DNA of 55,012 nt, taken from NCBI GenBank assembly GCA_964517975.1, contig CAZFDM010000190.1, forward strand, positions 1-55,012, written 5' to 3'. Source of the DNA: an uncultured Syntrophaceae bacterium. GTDB lineage: Bacteria; Desulfobacterota; BSN033; UBA1163. Below are positions 10,465 through 19,716 of the stretch, one piece after another (within the stretch, counting starts at the first letter, position 1; each line of letters starts with the position of its first letter). Made by a program: the position numbers and the translations under genes. Under the pieces are notes generated by a model that was given only the letters and a program-made list of their open reading frames with translations, was not told where the DNA came from and ran no database searches.

Positions 10465-10495
10465 AAAGGGGGAGATTTATTTCGTCTCCCCCTTT
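10465..10495 (+). terminator. Putative rho-independent terminator after the M24 gene
   Basis: AAAGGGGGAGA-(9 nt)-TCTCCCCCTTT stem, followed by a T-rich stretch (AGTCCTCTTTT). Confidence 0.5.
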
Positions 10496-10509
10496 AGTCC
10501 TCTTTTAAA

Positions 10510-11682
10510 ATGGAGCCTTTTATGGATACAAAAATCATTAGTCTTCGGTCTCCTCACCTTATATTGGCAGGGATTGGGGCCTCTGAAAGGTTGGGTCAAG
10601 AGGTTAAGGGAATAGGAGCAAAAAGAGTTTTGTTGGTTACCGATAAAGGTGTGATCGAGTCAGGGGTGGGTGAAAAGATCCAAGACCAGTTAGAGAAAGA
10701 AGGAATGACCATAGGCGTTTTTAAAGATGTTTCTCCTGATCCTGATATTGCCAATGCAGAGACTTGCATTGAGATGGCCAAGAAGGAGAAGTTTGAACTT
10801 ATTATCGGATTAGGGGGAGGAAGCCCCATGGACATCGCCTCCATTACCTCGGTCATGCTCACTAATTCTGGAAGTATCTATGACTATTTCGGGATCAATC
10901 TGGTGAAGAATCCAGGAATTCCGACCATTCTTATTCCTACTACAGCAGGGACAGGTGCTGAAGTGACCCCTAATGCCATTCTCACCGATACAAAAGAAAA
11001 GTTAAAAAAGGCGATTGTGAGTCCTTACATCCTTCCTCGAATGGCGATCGTCGATCCCCTCTTGACCCTTTCCATGCCTCCCTCGGTTACTTCTTCAAGT
11101 GGGATCGATGCTCTTACCCATGCCATAGAATCTTATACCTCTAATAATGCCACAATTTTGACGGACTTATTCGCTAAAGAAGCAATCGTTATGATCGGTA
11201 GAAGTCTTCGGACTGCAGTGGCCAATGGCAACAATTTGGAAGCCCGCTATGATATGTCTATTGGTAGTCTTTATGCTGGAATCTCACTGGCCAATGCTGG
11301 GGTGACTGCAGTCCATGCACTGGCCTATCCCTTGGGAGGGCAGTTTAACATCCCCCATGGGATTGCCAATGGTCTTTTATTACCTTATGTGATGGAGTTT
11401 AACGTCCTTGGAGATATTCCAAAGTTTGCTCAAGTTGCAAAACTTCTTGGAGAAAGGGTAGATCATCTCTCCCTTTTAGACCAGGCCTATCATTCAGCCA
11501 AGGTTGTAAAATCCCTCTATCAGGATCTTAAAATTCCACAATCCCTTAAGGAATTAAATGTTCCAAAGGAAGCCATTCCCAAAATGGCCCAGGCTGCGAT
11601 CAATGTCACCCGATTGATGGCGAACAATCCAAGAAAGATGACGGTGGAAGATGTCGAGAAGATTTATGAGAAGGCCTTTTAA
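10510..11682 (+). CDS. Iron-containing (group III) alcohol dehydrogenase
   Basis: GGGSPMDIA motif and His-rich metal site HALAYPLGGQFNIPHGIANG. 390 aa. Confidence 0.85.
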   Translation: MEPFMDTKIISLRSPHLILAGIGASERLGQEVKGIGAKRVLLVTDKGVIESGVGEKIQDQLEKEGMTIGVFKDVSPDPDIANAETCIEMAKKEKFELIIGLGGGSPMDIASITSVMLTNSGSIYDYFGINLVKNPGIPTILIPTTAGTGAEVTPNAILTDTKEKLKKAIVSPYILPRMAIVDPLLTLSMPPSVTSSSGIDALTHAIESYTSNNATILTDLFAKEAIVMIGRSLRTAVANGNNLEARYDMSIGSLYAGISLANAGVTAVHALAYPLGGQFNIPHGIANGLLLPYVMEFNVLGDIPKFAQVAKLLGERVDHLSLLDQAYHSAKVVKSLYQDLKIPQSLKELNVPKEAIPKMAQAAINVTRLMANNPRKMTVEDVEKIYEKAF

Positions 11683-11713
11683 TTGGAGATAGAAAGAGAG
11701 GGGAGGATCAAAT

Positions 11714-13555
11714 ATGTTTGGCTATCATAAGAAATTTTTAAGGGTGGATCTCACGAACCAGAAAGTCTTAGTGGAAGACTTGGACGAGGATTTACTCCGA
11801 AAATATATGGGTGGGGTTGGAATCGAAGCAAAGATTCTTTACGAGGAGACAGGGCCAGAAACCTCTCCCTTCTCACCTGAAAACATCCTCATGGCTGTAA
11901 CCGGCCCATTTACTGGGACTGGGGTTCCCACCTCTGGGAGACATCATGTGGTTGCCCGTTCTCCCCTGACTGGCCTCTTTGGAGAATCGAATGTTGGAGG
12001 CTCGTGGGGAGTCCATCTGAAAAGGGCCGGATTTGATGGAGTGGCGATCAAGGGAAGGTCAGAAAAACCCCTCTACCTTTGGATTTATAATGGAAAGGTC
12101 GAATTTAGAGACGCTATCCCTATCTGGGGGAAAGACTCCTATGAATCAGCCCAGTGGTTGAAGAAAGAGACGACCAAAGAGGCCACCGCTGCGGTCATTG
12201 GGCCTGCAGGGGAGAGGATGGCTAAGATTGCAAGCATTCCTCATATTGGGCACATTGTTAGGCAAGCGGCCCGGACGGGTTTGGGTGCAGTGATGGGTTC
12301 AAAAAACCTGAAGGCTGTAGTTGTCTTTGGGGATGGAGAAATCCCTATTGCAAAACCCGAACAGTTGAAGGCTCACATCAAGGAGATCACTCCACATATT
12401 CAGAAGGCAACAGAGGCCTTTGGAAAATTTGGAACCTCTGGCGGGATTGATAACTATGAAAAGATTGGAAACTTTCCTCTCAAGAATTGGAGAGAGGGAA
12501 GGTGGGCAGGGGCAAAGAAGATATCGGGTGTTGCCATGCATGATACCATTCTTTCCGGTAGGAAGGCTTGCTTCCATTGTCCTATTGCTTGTGGAAGGCA
12601 TATTCACGTGTCAGAGGGACCCTATGCCCCGATGGATTGTGAAGGTCCAGAGTATGAGAGTATTGGCACCTTGGGTGGACTCTGTCTGGTGGATGATCTG
12701 GTAGCCATTTCTAAGGCGAATCAACTCTGCAATCAATATGGGCTGGATACCATCTCGACAGGAGGAATCATTGCCTTTGCCATGGAGGCCTATGAAAAAG
12801 GGATATTAACAACAAAAGATACAGATGGAGTAGAATTGACCTGGGGGAATGGGAAGGCATTGGTTGAGATGGTGCATAAAATGGGAAGGGGGGAAGGGAT
12901 CGGTCAACTGATGACCGAAGGATCAAAGAGAATGGCAGAGGTTTTGGGTAGAAATGCGATTGAATTTGCTATTCATGTAAAGGGACTTGAGCCTTCGGCC
13001 CATGATCCAAGAAGATTCTTCAGTCAAGCCCTTTCTTACGCCACAGCAGCCCGTGGAGCATGTCACAATGCCAGCTGGAGCCATCCTTATGAATTGGCGC
13101 TATCTATGCCTGAGATTGGAATTCCTGAACCGCAGGATGCTTATCAAATTGAAGGAAAGGCAGAATTTACTGCCAAGATGCAGGACCTGATGTGTGTGAT
13201 GGATGCTCTGATTCTTTGTCGATTTTCACAGGTTGGGAAAGCGGTTAATGTGACCAACCATCTTCAGTGGCTAAATTGGATTACAGATTGGGGGATGGAT
13301 GTCACGGAATATATGAAAGTGGGAGAGAGGCTCTTTAATTTAAAAAGGATGTATAACTGCCGACTCGGTGTAAGCCGAAAGGATGATTTTCTTCCTTATC
13401 GGTTTTTAACCTTGGATCGAAAGGGAGAGGATTTGAACAATCAACTTCCACCCCTTGGAAGGCTTTTGAGTGATTATTACGCCTATCGAGGATGGAACGA
13501 GGTAGGTATTCCAACTCCTCAGAAATTAGAAGAATTGGGGCTTGATAAGTTTTAG
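11714..13555 (+). CDS. Aldehyde:ferredoxin oxidoreductase family (tungstopterin) enzyme, copy 1
   Basis: 613 aa with an AOR-type N-terminus (FLRVDLTNQKV), the [4Fe-4S] motif CFHCPIAC, and GLDTIS and EPSAHDPR blocks. The RBS is GAGGGGAGG. Confidence 0.9.
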   Translation: MFGYHKKFLRVDLTNQKVLVEDLDEDLLRKYMGGVGIEAKILYEETGPETSPFSPENILMAVTGPFTGTGVPTSGRHHVVARSPLTGLFGESNVGGSWGVHLKRAGFDGVAIKGRSEKPLYLWIYNGKVEFRDAIPIWGKDSYESAQWLKKETTKEATAAVIGPAGERMAKIASIPHIGHIVRQAARTGLGAVMGSKNLKAVVVFGDGEIPIAKPEQLKAHIKEITPHIQKATEAFGKFGTSGGIDNYEKIGNFPLKNWREGRWAGAKKISGVAMHDTILSGRKACFHCPIACGRHIHVSEGPYAPMDCEGPEYESIGTLGGLCLVDDLVAISKANQLCNQYGLDTISTGGIIAFAMEAYEKGILTTKDTDGVELTWGNGKALVEMVHKMGRGEGIGQLMTEGSKRMAEVLGRNAIEFAIHVKGLEPSAHDPRRFFSQALSYATAARGACHNASWSHPYELALSMPEIGIPEPQDAYQIEGKAEFTAKMQDLMCVMDALILCRFSQVGKAVNVTNHLQWLNWITDWGMDVTEYMKVGERLFNLKRMYNCRLGVSRKDDFLPYRFLTLDRKGEDLNNQLPPLGRLLSDYYAYRGWNEVGIPTPQKLEELGLDKF

Positions 13556-13566
13556 AGGGAGAGGCA

Positions 13567-14340
13567 ATGGAGAAGGTTCCTTTTTCAGAATTTGACCTTT
13601 CAGGAAAAGTGGCCATTGTTACAGGTGCAGGTAGGGGAATGGGATACCACATTGCTCTGGCCTTAGCAAAATATGGGGCTGATCTTGTAATCTGTAGCAG
13701 GACCCTTTCAGAGTTGGAAAAGACAAAGAGAGAAGCAGAAAAGTTCGGACGTCAGGTTCTCCTCCAAAAAGTCGACGTCTTGAAGATACCCGAGATCCAT
13801 TCAATGGTGGAAAAGGCTGTAAAGACCTTTGGCCATATCGATATTCTGGTCAATAATGCTGGGATTAACATTCCCCAATGGGCTGTCGAGGTGACTGAGG
13901 AGGCTTGGGATAAGGTCATCGATACTAACCTGAAGGCTCTCTTTTTCTGTGCCCAGGCAGTGGGAAAGGTGATGATTCAACAGAGGAAGGGAAAGATCAT
14001 CAATATCTCCTCACAAACGGGGACTGTGGCCATCCCTCAGCGGGCAGCCTACTGCGCAAGTAAGGGAGGTGTGAACCAATTGACAAAGGTATTGGCGATC
14101 GAGTGGGCTCAGTACAACATTCATGTTAATGCAATTGCTCCCACCTTTATTGAAACCCCATTTACAAAGCCGATGTTTGAGAAAGAAGGTTTCCGAGAGT
14201 ATGTTCTTAGAAATATTGTTTTGGGGAGAATTGGACAGCCTCAGGATGTGGTTGGTGCAGTAATCTATCTTGCCTCCGAGGCCTCCAACCTTGTAACAGG
14301 TCACGTCTTATTGGTAGATGGAGGGTGGACTGCCCATTAA
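13567..14340 (+). CDS. Short-chain dehydrogenase/reductase (SDR)
   Basis: TGAGRGMG (TGxxxGxG), NNAG and YCASKGG (YxxxK). Confidence 0.9.
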   Translation: MEKVPFSEFDLSGKVAIVTGAGRGMGYHIALALAKYGADLVICSRTLSELEKTKREAEKFGRQVLLQKVDVLKIPEIHSMVEKAVKTFGHIDILVNNAGINIPQWAVEVTEEAWDKVIDTNLKALFFCAQAVGKVMIQQRKGKIINISSQTGTVAIPQRAAYCASKGGVNQLTKVLAIEWAQYNIHVNAIAPTFIETPFTKPMFEKEGFREYVLRNIVLGRIGQPQDVVGAVIYLASEASNLVTGHVLLVDGGWTAH

Positions 14341-14391
14341 GAATCTATAGAGGTATTAGAAACAGGTTTTTCAAAAAAGGAAGGTGAAGCT

Positions 14392-14814
14392 ATGGTAGAT
14401 ATAAAATATGAGAATCAGATTGGTGTGACAAAAGGCACACCGATTGAGGAGGCAGTAGAAGCTAATTTTTCTGGAGAAGGAACGGTCGTGGGTATATATT
14501 TAGCCATGGCTCGACAGGCAGAAAGAGAAGGATACCCTGAAATTGCCGAGGTTTTAAAATCGATTGCCTTTGAGGAGGCCTGGCATGCGGCCCGGTATGC
14601 GGAGTTGAACGGGAAGATTAGCCCTTCTACCAAGGAAAATTTAGAGGGGAGGCTAAAGGGGGAGAAGGGTTCAAATAAAAGTAAACATGAAGCAGCACTG
14701 AAGGCCAAAGAATTGGGTATTGACGAGGCCTTTAACGTCTTCGAAGAAACATCGAGGGATGAAGCCCGACATGCCAGTGCCCTTGAGGGATTGTTAAAGA
14801 GATATTTTGGTTAA
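14392..14814 (+). CDS. Rubrerythrin/ferritin-like diiron protein (no rubredoxin domain)
   Basis: Two ExxH motifs (FEEAWHAARY and RDEARHASAL) in a 140-aa helical protein. Confidence 0.7.
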   Translation: MVDIKYENQIGVTKGTPIEEAVEANFSGEGTVVGIYLAMARQAEREGYPEIAEVLKSIAFEEAWHAARYAELNGKISPSTKENLEGRLKGEKGSNKSKHEAALKAKELGIDEAFNVFEETSRDEARHASALEGLLKRYFG

Positions 14815-14845
14815 ATTAATCGAGAACAGAAAGGAGGAATGAGGG

Positions 14846-15580
14846 GTGAAGATTAAGGGAAAGTTGATTGATTTGACACAGGAGATTTATCAAGGGATGC
14901 CGGTTTATCCGGGGCATTTAAAAACCATTATTTGGACCCATCTGTCCCATGAGGAATGCCAAAGGCAGTTGGGGACAGGGTTCTCTTATGAGACCAGGGG
15001 TATTTTAATCTGCGATCATGGTCCAACCCATATCGATTCTGTGAGCCATCTTTCAAGGGACCCTGAGGCTCCATCGGTTGACCAGATTCCTCTGGAGCAC
15101 TTTATCACTTCTGCCATATGTCTGGATGTGAGCGACATACCCCAGAAGACCCAATTTGGAAGAAAAAAGATTGAGGAGGAACTAAAGCGGTGGAAGTTGG
15201 ATATTCGGAAAGGAGATACAGTTCTCTTTTATACTGCCCAATATGACCGATATTATGGCAAACCTGAATATATGACGGATTACCCTGGTTTAAATCGGGA
15301 GGCCACAGAATTTATCATTGATCAGGGTTGTATCTGTTTTGGTGTGGATTCTGCAAGTCCGGACATGTGGTATGACAAGACTTATCCATGCCATCGTGTC
15401 TGCTCAGAGAGAAAAGTGACCCACATTGAGAATCTCTGTAATCTCGATAAGGTATTGGGGAAGCGGTTTACTTTTATCATGCTTCCGTTAAAGATCAGGA
15501 GAGGAACGGGTTCTCCCATTCGTGCCATTGCCCTGGTTTCGGAAGGGGAAGAGGTGAACTGGGACCTTACTTCTTCATGA
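14846..15580 (+). CDS. Cyclase family protein (kynurenine formamidase-like metal hydrolase)
   Basis: HGPTHIDSVSH matches the HxGTHxDxPxH cyclase/arylformamidase motif. GTG start 8 nt after AGGAGG. Confidence 0.75.
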   Translation: MKIKGKLIDLTQEIYQGMPVYPGHLKTIIWTHLSHEECQRQLGTGFSYETRGILICDHGPTHIDSVSHLSRDPEAPSVDQIPLEHFITSAICLDVSDIPQKTQFGRKKIEEELKRWKLDIRKGDTVLFYTAQYDRYYGKPEYMTDYPGLNREATEFIIDQGCICFGVDSASPDMWYDKTYPCHRVCSERKVTHIENLCNLDKVLGKRFTFIMLPLKIRRGTGSPIRAIALVSEGEEVNWDLTSS

Positions 15581-15799
15581 TAATCCTTTTGGATAACAAA
15601 CCTTTTAAAGAAATTTGAGATGAAGCCCCATCACTATTTGGAAAGCAAAAGTATTTTTGCAACCAGAAGATATAAACTTCTATTAAATAAATGGGAAATA
15701 GGCCCCAAGAATTTTACTCTCAGGCCACTATTTCAAAGTCAAATCTGCTATCAAAATTTCCTATGGTTTTAGGGGGTTGGGTAGTTTTTAAAAAAAGAC

Positions 15800-15828
15800 T
15801 TGACAATTTTTTAAAAAATTGTATATGT
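15800..15828 (+). promoter_or_regulatory. Sigma70-type promoter of the GntR-led operon
   Basis: A perfect TTGACA at 15800-15805, a 16-17 nt A/T spacer, then TG-T-ATATGT / TATATG (extended -10-like) at 15820-15828. This lies about 30 nt upstream of the ATG at 15860. Confidence 0.5.
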
Positions 15829-15843
15829 GTATACAAGTATACA
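15828..15843. promoter_or_regulatory. Palindromic operator candidate (GntR-type)
   Basis: TGTATAC-AA-GTATACA has perfect 7-bp arms and fits the generic GntR GT-Nx-AC pattern. It overlaps the -10/start region of the promoter, with a further TTGTATATG half-site at 15819-15827. Confidence 0.5.
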
Positions 15844-15859
15844 AAAATATTTTTAGCAC

Positions 15860-16516
15860 ATGAAAACCCGTTTAAACGAATTTGCAAACTACCCATTAGG
15901 CTATGCCCTCTATTTAACCTTGAGGAAGTCTATCTTGAATGGAGAGATCCAACCGGGGAAGCGCCTCACAGAGGTGGAGATCTCAAAAAAAATGGAAGTA
16001 AGTCGAACCCCTGTCAGGGAGGCCTTTCGGAGATTAGAGACAGAGCGCCTCTTGATCAGAACACCCGGGGGAAAATTCATTGTTGCAAACCCAGATACTC
16101 AGGAGATCCGAGAGATTTATCTCGTTCGATCGGTATTGGAGGGATTAGCAGCCAAAATCGCAGCCTCAAAAGTTAAACCACAAGATCTTAGAGAATTAAA
16201 GAACGCTGTCCAGAAAATGGAAGAAGGGATCAAAAAAAATCAGATAACATGGGTCGTCGATTCTAATTTGGAATTCCATCAATTAATCGTTCGGATGAGT
16301 GGTAACCATATTCTTACCCAAACCTTGAATCGGCTCTGGGATACCATACAGATTTGGAGCGTTCGATCTTTATCCAATCGGGCTTGGACCCTTAGATCTG
16401 TAAGAGAACATAAGAAAATTATCGAGGCCTTAGAAAAAGGGGATGGGGATACTGCAGAAAAACTCATTCGAGATCACATCGAACATGCTAGTGATGTCTT
16501 TTTGGGAAAAGATTAG
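15860..16516 (+). CDS. GntR family transcriptional regulator (FadR/FCD subfamily)
   Basis: N-terminal wHTH EISKKMEVSRTPVREAFRRLETERLL and an all-helical FCD-like C-terminal domain. Confidence 0.85.
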   Translation: MKTRLNEFANYPLGYALYLTLRKSILNGEIQPGKRLTEVEISKKMEVSRTPVREAFRRLETERLLIRTPGGKFIVANPDTQEIREIYLVRSVLEGLAAKIAASKVKPQDLRELKNAVQKMEEGIKKNQITWVVDSNLEFHQLIVRMSGNHILTQTLNRLWDTIQIWSVRSLSNRAWTLRSVREHKKIIEALEKGDGDTAEKLIRDHIEHASDVFLGKD

Positions 16517-16578
16517 AAATGTCCTTGGAGATATATCCATGAGAAGGAAATACAAAAAAGGTGAATAAGGAGAAGCAA

Positions 16579-16926
16579 ATGCCGATGGTTAAAAATGAGA
16601 CCGTAGAAGTTGAACAGATGTATCCGTTAGTGGAGAGAAAGGAATTGATTGGTCGAAAAATGGGGGCAGGAGCGATCACCATGGGTGAAATCACTATTTA
16701 TCCAGGGGGCGAAATTCCCCTTCATAGCCATAAGGTTGAGGATGCGGTGCTCCTTCGAGAGGGAAGGGGAGAGATCCACATGGATGGGGAGGTGTTCAAA
16801 GTGGAAGCACCCATGAGTATCCTCATTCCTGCAGGAGTAAAACACAGGGTCATTAACACAGGTTCTGAACCCATCAAAATCATTTTCGGGTTTCCCGCCA
16901 TTGAGGTGGAGCGAATACTCTATTAA
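16579..16926 (+). CDS. Cupin domain protein
   Basis: PLHSHKVEDAVLLREGRGEIHMDGE...GVKHRVIN fits the two cupin motifs. I chose the ATG at 16579, 6 nt after AAGGAG, over the GTG at 16561. Confidence 0.75.
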   Translation: MPMVKNETVEVEQMYPLVERKELIGRKMGAGAITMGEITIYPGGEIPLHSHKVEDAVLLREGRGEIHMDGEVFKVEAPMSILIPAGVKHRVINTGSEPIKIIFGFPAIEVERILY

Positions 16927-16942
16927 CCAACAAGGAGGGGAT

Positions 16943-18787
16943 ATGCTGAAAGGTTATAAAGGCAGGCTGTTGCATATAGACCTAACAAGAGAAAGATCAA
17001 ATGTGGTGCAGATTCCAGAAGAGATATTGAGGAAATATATAGGAGGGAGAGGCTTAGGAGCAAAACTGTATTGGGATCTAATTCCAGCGAAAGCGGACCC
17101 ATTGGGACCAGAAAATATAATGTTTATCCTTTCAGGACCGGTAGGGGGCACAATCACTCCAGGTGCAGGAAAACACGTCATTGTAACAAAATCTCCAGCC
17201 TCAAAAGGATGGTTGGATACTTATTCCAGTGGACGGATGACGCCTGAGATGAAATTTGCTGGGTTTGATGGGTTAGTCATTACAGGGAAAGCCAAATACC
17301 CTGTCTATGTGCTTATCAAAGACGAGAAGGTAGAGATTCGAGATGCAGGACATCTATGGGGAAAGGGATCGTTTGAGGTGGAGACCTATATTAAAGAGAC
17401 CTTTCATCCTGAATGTGGAGAGATCTGTATTGGGCCTGCAGGGGAGAACTTGGTTAACTTTGCCTGTATTAATAGTGAATTTTTCCGACAGGCAGGTCGG
17501 GGTGGTGCAGGAGCAGTGATGGGGTCGAAAAATCTCAAACTATTAGCAGTAAAGGGAAGTGGGGGGATTCAGGTTGCCCACCTCCAACGTCTTTTAGACC
17601 TCGTGTTGAAACACCATGCTAAGTTTAAGGTGAGTCCTATTGGCATTGCTCGGCACCGTTATGGGACCCCATTGACTTACAATATCACCCATGCAGCCGG
17701 CATGCTTCCTACTCGTAATTTTAAAACGGGTCGGTTTGAGCGGGGGTTAGGGAAGATTGATAAGGATGGGGTCTATCATGCAACAATTTCAACAAGGGCA
17801 TGCTATAGTTGTCCTTTCTTAGCCTGCAGTAAATTTACAGAAGTTAAAGAGGGAGTGTATCAAGGAGCAAAGTTAGAGGGGCCAGAATATGAGACAATAG
17901 GCCTATTGGGATCTAACCTGGAGATTGACAGCCTCCCCTTTATCATTAAGGCCAACTACCTCTGCGACGATTTGGGGATGGATACCATCTCTGCCGGGAA
18001 TGTAATTGGGTTTGTGATGGAATGTTTTGAGAAGGGCATCTTGACTAAAAAAGAGACAGAAGGTCTTGACCTTCGCTTTGGGAACCATCAAGAGGCAATT
18101 ACTCTTCTCCAACGGATTGCCTATCGAAAAGGATTTGGAAGCTTTTGCGCACAGGGGGTTCGAGCCATGGCCAAATCTCTGGATAGAGGGGCAGAGGACT
18201 TTGCGATGGAGTCAAAGGGGCTCGAATTTCCTGCATACGATCCAAGGGCAGGATGGGGAACCACCATCACCTATTCGGTGACTCCACGAGGGGGTTGCCA
18301 TCGAAGGGCCTGGCCGCCGATGAGAGAGGTCTTAGGAGGTGTCTACCCGTTTACCACAGAGGGAAAGGCAAAGATGGTTAAGGAGTTAATGGATGATAAC
18401 TGTGTGATGCATTCACTGCTTGTTTGTGATTTTCAGGGAAAGTTCATTCCATTAGACACTTCGGAATTTGCAGAATACTTGAATGCGGTTACCGGCTTAA
18501 ACTATTCGGCTAAAGACCTTTATGAGCGAGCAGATATCATTGAAACTCTTATTCGTCGAATCAATCTTCGAGAAGGTTTTACCGCAGAGGATGACCATTT
18601 ACCCCGGCGAATACTCGAAGAAAGCCTTTTAGAAGGTCCGCCTGAAGGTAAGGTGATCGGCCAAAAAAATTTCCTAAAGATGAGGAATGAATATTACCTG
18701 GTAAGGGGCTGGGATCACCAAGGTATTCCAACTCATGAGACACTGTCTAAATACAAATACGATGAAGACCCTCCAATTAAACTTTGA
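16943..18787 (+). CDS. Aldehyde:ferredoxin oxidoreductase family (tungstopterin) enzyme, copy 2
   Basis: About 614 aa with N-terminus MLKGYKGRLLHIDLT, GMDTIS and EFPAYDPR blocks, and the Cys motif CYSCPFLAC. I chose the ATG at 16943 behind AAGGAGGGG. Confidence 0.9.
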   Translation: MLKGYKGRLLHIDLTRERSNVVQIPEEILRKYIGGRGLGAKLYWDLIPAKADPLGPENIMFILSGPVGGTITPGAGKHVIVTKSPASKGWLDTYSSGRMTPEMKFAGFDGLVITGKAKYPVYVLIKDEKVEIRDAGHLWGKGSFEVETYIKETFHPECGEICIGPAGENLVNFACINSEFFRQAGRGGAGAVMGSKNLKLLAVKGSGGIQVAHLQRLLDLVLKHHAKFKVSPIGIARHRYGTPLTYNITHAAGMLPTRNFKTGRFERGLGKIDKDGVYHATISTRACYSCPFLACSKFTEVKEGVYQGAKLEGPEYETIGLLGSNLEIDSLPFIIKANYLCDDLGMDTISAGNVIGFVMECFEKGILTKKETEGLDLRFGNHQEAITLLQRIAYRKGFGSFCAQGVRAMAKSLDRGAEDFAMESKGLEFPAYDPRAGWGTTITYSVTPRGGCHRRAWPPMREVLGGVYPFTTEGKAKMVKELMDDNCVMHSLLVCDFQGKFIPLDTSEFAEYLNAVTGLNYSAKDLYERADIIETLIRRINLREGFTAEDDHLPRRILEESLLEGPPEGKVIGQKNFLKMRNEYYLVRGWDHQGIPTHETLSKYKYDEDPPIKL

Positions 18788-18801
18788 GAAAGGATATTTC
18801 T

Positions 18802-19083
18802 TTGAAGGTGAAAGTATTTACAGCAGGGGCCTTGACCAAAAGCCTGCCCAACGGTCAGGACATTATTGAAGGAGAGACGATAACGGTTCAAGGCCTGTTG
18901 GAGAGGTTGGTTACCAAGCATGGCCCCCTTATGGCCAAAGAGTTACTCCATCAAGGGAAGCTCAGGGAAGGATTAGTTCTGCTGGTAAATGGGATGAACG
19001 TCCTATCCCTTCCAGAGAAGTTTGATACTCTTTTAAAAGATGGGGATGAAGTGCTCATCGCTATTATTGTCGCAGGAGGTTAA
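18802..19083 (+). CDS. MoaD/ThiS-like ubiquitin-fold small protein
   Basis: About 93 aa ending in ...IAIIVAGG (C-terminal Gly-Gly). The start is uncertain: TTG 18802 or GTG 18808 downstream of AAAGGA, while the ORF is open from 18784. Confidence 0.6.
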   Translation: MKVKVFTAGALTKSLPNGQDIIEGETITVQGLLERLVTKHGPLMAKELLHQGKLREGLVLLVNGMNVLSLPEKFDTLLKDGDEVLIAIIVAGG

Positions 19084-19103
19084 GAGAGGGAGAGGAGGAA
19101 GGT

Positions 19104-19709
19104 ATGAGTAGGAGTATTGTAATCAATGCAGACCTTTGCACAGGTTGTCGCTCGTGTGAGTTGGCCTGTTCAGCGTCAAAAGAAGGGGAGTTTATCCCAG
19201 AGCGATCCCGCATTCACATTCTCAGCAATACATTGGAAGGATGGTCTCGACCAACCGTTTGTCTTCAATGTGAAGACCCCATGTGCATGGCGGTCTGTCC
19301 TGTTGAGGCAATTTCGAAGACGAAGACCCCTCAAGGGGACCATCTCATTAAGATTGACCGGGAGAAGTGCATCGGCTGTCATCGTTGTATGGTGGCCTGT
19401 CCGATTGGTGCCATTGATTTTTTCCCCAATTTAAAATCGATTAAGTGTGATTTATGTGGGGGAGATCCCCAATGCGTAAAATTCTGTTTTTATGATTGCC
19501 TCCATTTCATTGAACTTTCCGATGAAGAACAACGCCAACGTTTCAAAAAAATCTATACGTTATTTAATAAGGCTTCGGTAGAGATTTCTAAGCAAGAACT
19601 CTCCAACCGAAGAAAGAGTTTTTCCTTGGAGGCATCCAGAGTAACCCCTCCCCCTCCTCCTAAAGAAGAGGAGGTGATAGAGTTTCCTATAGGTCAAGAG
19701 AAAAAGTGA
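19104..19709 (+). CDS. 4Fe-4S polyferredoxin-like electron-transfer subunit
   Basis: Four Cys clusters: CTGCRSCELAC, CLQCEDPMCMAVCP, CIGCHRCMVACP and CDLCGGDPQCVKFC. The RBS is GAGGAGGAAGG. Confidence 0.85.
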   Translation: MSRSIVINADLCTGCRSCELACSASKEGEFIPERSRIHILSNTLEGWSRPTVCLQCEDPMCMAVCPVEAISKTKTPQGDHLIKIDREKCIGCHRCMVACPIGAIDFFPNLKSIKCDLCGGDPQCVKFCFYDCLHFIELSDEEQRQRFKKIYTLFNKASVEISKQELSNRRKSFSLEASRVTPPPPPKEEEVIEFPIGQEKK

Positions 19710-19716
19710 TCGATCA

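Noticed and set aside
11683-11713. A molybdenum/tungsten-cofactor riboswitch expected upstream of the AOR or MoaD-like genes.
   Set aside because: The spacers before both AOR genes (31 nt and 16 nt) and before the MoaD-like gene are far too short to hold the roughly 130-nt Moco RNA motif.
15691-16176. A 161-aa + strand ORF spanning the intergenic region and the 5' half of the GntR gene.
   Set aside because: It runs through the promoter and operator and overlaps the GntR wHTH-coding frame. It has no RBS and no recognisable domain, whereas the GntR frame carries a textbook HTH.
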